From Anaerolineae bacterium (GTDB taxonomy: Bacteria > Chloroflexota > Anaerolineae > Aggregatilineales > UBA2796): a DNA stretch of 59,234 nucleotides. Shown here piece by piece: positions 57,804 through 59,234 of the stretch. The stretch is taken from positions 1 through 59,234 of the forward strand of contig DAOTWB010000263.1 of assembly GCA_034436235.1 (NCBI GenBank). Direction: 5' to 3'. The notes beneath the pieces were generated by a model that made no database searches, was not told the origin of the DNA, and saw nothing but the letters and a program-made list of their open reading frames with translations. Position 1 is the stretch's first letter; the number at the start of each line of letters is the position of its first letter. A program made the position numbers and the translations under genes.

Positions 57804-58757
57804 TCACACGCGGATCGGACTGGCGCCTGGCACGGGCAGGCTTGCCAACAGATTTTGGATGATGGCGCGAGAAGTTACCTCGCGCAGGCGCGCCGCAGGA
57901 CCGACGATGATGCGATGCGCCAAAGTCGCTTCGGCGAGCGCCTTCACATCGTCGGGGATGACGTGATCGCGTCCGGCGATGGCGGCGCGCGCTTGTGCCG
58001 TCCGATACAGCGCCAAAGCGCCACGCGGACTGGCGCCTAGATAAATATCAGGATGATGACGCGTGGCAGTCACGATCTCGACGATGTAGCGCTTCACTTC
58101 CTCGCCAACTGCCACGTTGCGCACCAGTTTCTGCACGTTCAGCAGCTCGTCCACGCTCAAGACTTGTCCAATAGTGGTGAGCGGATGGCGCAGTTGCTGC
58201 GCGTCGAGCATCGCCATCTCTTCTTGCGGCGTGGGATAGCCCAGCCGCAAACGCAAGAGAAAGCGGTCGAGCTGCGCTTCAGGCAAGGGAAACGTGCCTT
58301 CGTATTCGATTGGATTTTGCGTGGCAAGCACCATGAAGGGCGGCTCAACTTGATAGGTGACGCCGTCTACCGTCACTTGGCGCTCTTCCATCGCTTCCAG
58401 CAAAGCGGCTTGCGTCTTCGGCGTGGCGCGATTGATCTCATCTGCCAGCACCACTTGCGCGAAGATCGGACCGGCGCGAAACTCGAAGTCGCGCGTTTGC
58501 TGATTGAAGACCGAGACGCCTGTCACGTCTGAAGGCAACATATCAGGCGTGAATTGAATACGGCTGAAGCTGCAACCGAGCGACCGCGCCAGCGCCTTCG
58601 CCAGCATCGTCTTGCCGACGCCAGGCACATCTTCCAGCAGCACATGACCTTGACATAGCAAGCCGATCACAGTCAGGCGAATTTCATTGCGTTTGCCGAT
58701 GATGACGCGGCTCACATTTTCGATCAGGCGCTCGGCAACTGTTTGAATAGCTTTCAT
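57804..58757 (-). CDS. moxR: MoxR-family AAA+ ATPase
   Basis: [72 protein letters not shown]. Confidence 0.95.
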   Translation of the reverse strand: MKAIQTVAERLIENVSRVIIGKRNEIRLTVIGLLCQGHVLLEDVPGVGKTMLAKALARSLGCSFSRIQFTPDMLPSDVTGVSVFNQQTRDFEFRAGPIFAQVVLADEINRATPKTQAALLEAMEERQVTVDGVTYQVEPPFMVLATQNPIEYEGTFPLPEAQLDRFLLRLRLGYPTPQEEMAMLDAQQLRHPLTTIGQVLSVDELLNVQKLVRNVAVGEEVKRYIVEIVTATRHHPDIYLGASPRGALALYRTAQARAAIAGRDHVIPDDVKALAEATLAHRIIVGPAARLREVTSRAIIQNLLASLPVPGASPIRV

Positions 58758-58871
58758 GCATTCTCGCTAGGATCGCGTTTCGGTAGATAGGATACAGGCA
58801 ATTATAGCGCGCTGCACGCCGAACAGTAAGTGAGCGTAGGCTAAACGTTGCCCGATAAGCTGCTCAGCAGA

Positions 58872-59234
58872 CTAGGTGCGCGATTCAAGCGTCTTGTTCA
58901 GCTTCTCCAAAGTCTCAATCAGCTTCTGTTGCATCTCAAGGGCAGGATCGGGCACTGACGGCGGCTCAGGTTGCGCCTTAGGTGGCGTTTCAGGCTTGGC
59001 GGTCAGCCGATTCACGGCTCGGATCAGCAGAAAGACGGCGAGCGCGACGATCAGGAAATTGATGACCGTGTTCAGGAAGACGCCGATGTTGATCGTAGCA
59101 GCGCCGGCATCCTGCGCCGCCTTGAGCGAAGCGTAGCTCTTGCCATCGAGCGCGATGAAGATGTTCGAAAAATCCACGCCGCCTAAAAGCTGACCGATAG
59201 GCGGCATGATGATATCGTTGACGAGCGAGTTGAC
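58872..59234 (-). CDS. mscL: Large-conductance mechanosensitive channel; 5' end outside the window
   Basis: [22 protein letters not shown]...[19 protein letters not shown]. Confidence 0.92.
   Translation of the reverse strand, partial: VNSLVNDIIMPPIGQLLGGVDFSNIFIALDGKSYASLKAAQDAGAATINIGVFLNTVINFLIVALAVFLLIRAVNRLTAKPETPPKAQPEPPSVPDPALEMQQKLIETLEKLNKTLESRT

Noticed and set aside
1..59234. CRISPR array, tRNA, rRNA, transposase, integrase or prophage genes
   Set aside because: No regularly spaced repeats, cloverleaf or rRNA-like tracts, or DDE/tyrosine/serine recombinase motifs were seen; nearly all of the sequence is explained by ordinary CDSs.

Overview
A roughly 60% GC bacterial chromosomal segment, probably from a Chloroflexota (Anaerolineae-like) organism. 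That is an inference from the F420 genes, CxxxY-type CcmE, Thr/Pro-linker secreted proteins, short IF2, extended NusA and GAAC-N4-GTTC LexA box. Most of it is housekeeping and metabolism: a cobalamin-riboswitch-controlled BtuF/FecCD-type importer, pdhABC, dnaE, ccmE, a NitT/TauT-type ABC pair, an ECF sigma/anti-sigma pair facing a Tat ferritin-like gene, peptidases, ino1, a Get3/ArsA ATPase with an ABC1 kinase, gyrA, a Ser/Thr kinase, cofE/npdG, amylosucrase, nusA-ylxR-infB-rbfA-nrnA-truB-ftsY, nrdR-nrdJ, LysM-M23, moxR and partial mscL. I found no rRNA, tRNA, CRISPR array, transposase, integrase or intein. The clearest accessory element is a lower-GC restriction-modification cassette (19536-21181). 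It is bracketed by a 33-bp imperfect direct repeat that is itself a sigma70 promoter, and its endonuclease appears inactivated by an internal deletion. Other leads: a LexA-type box on the dnaE promoter, a leader that could sequester the infB Shine-Dalgarno, a sensor with no recognisable output domain, a Get3d-like ATPase beside a tail-anchored ABC1 kinase, a candidate papain-fold secreted protein, and strong GCGC enrichment with GGCC depletion. All family calls come from motif recognition by eye, not database searches.
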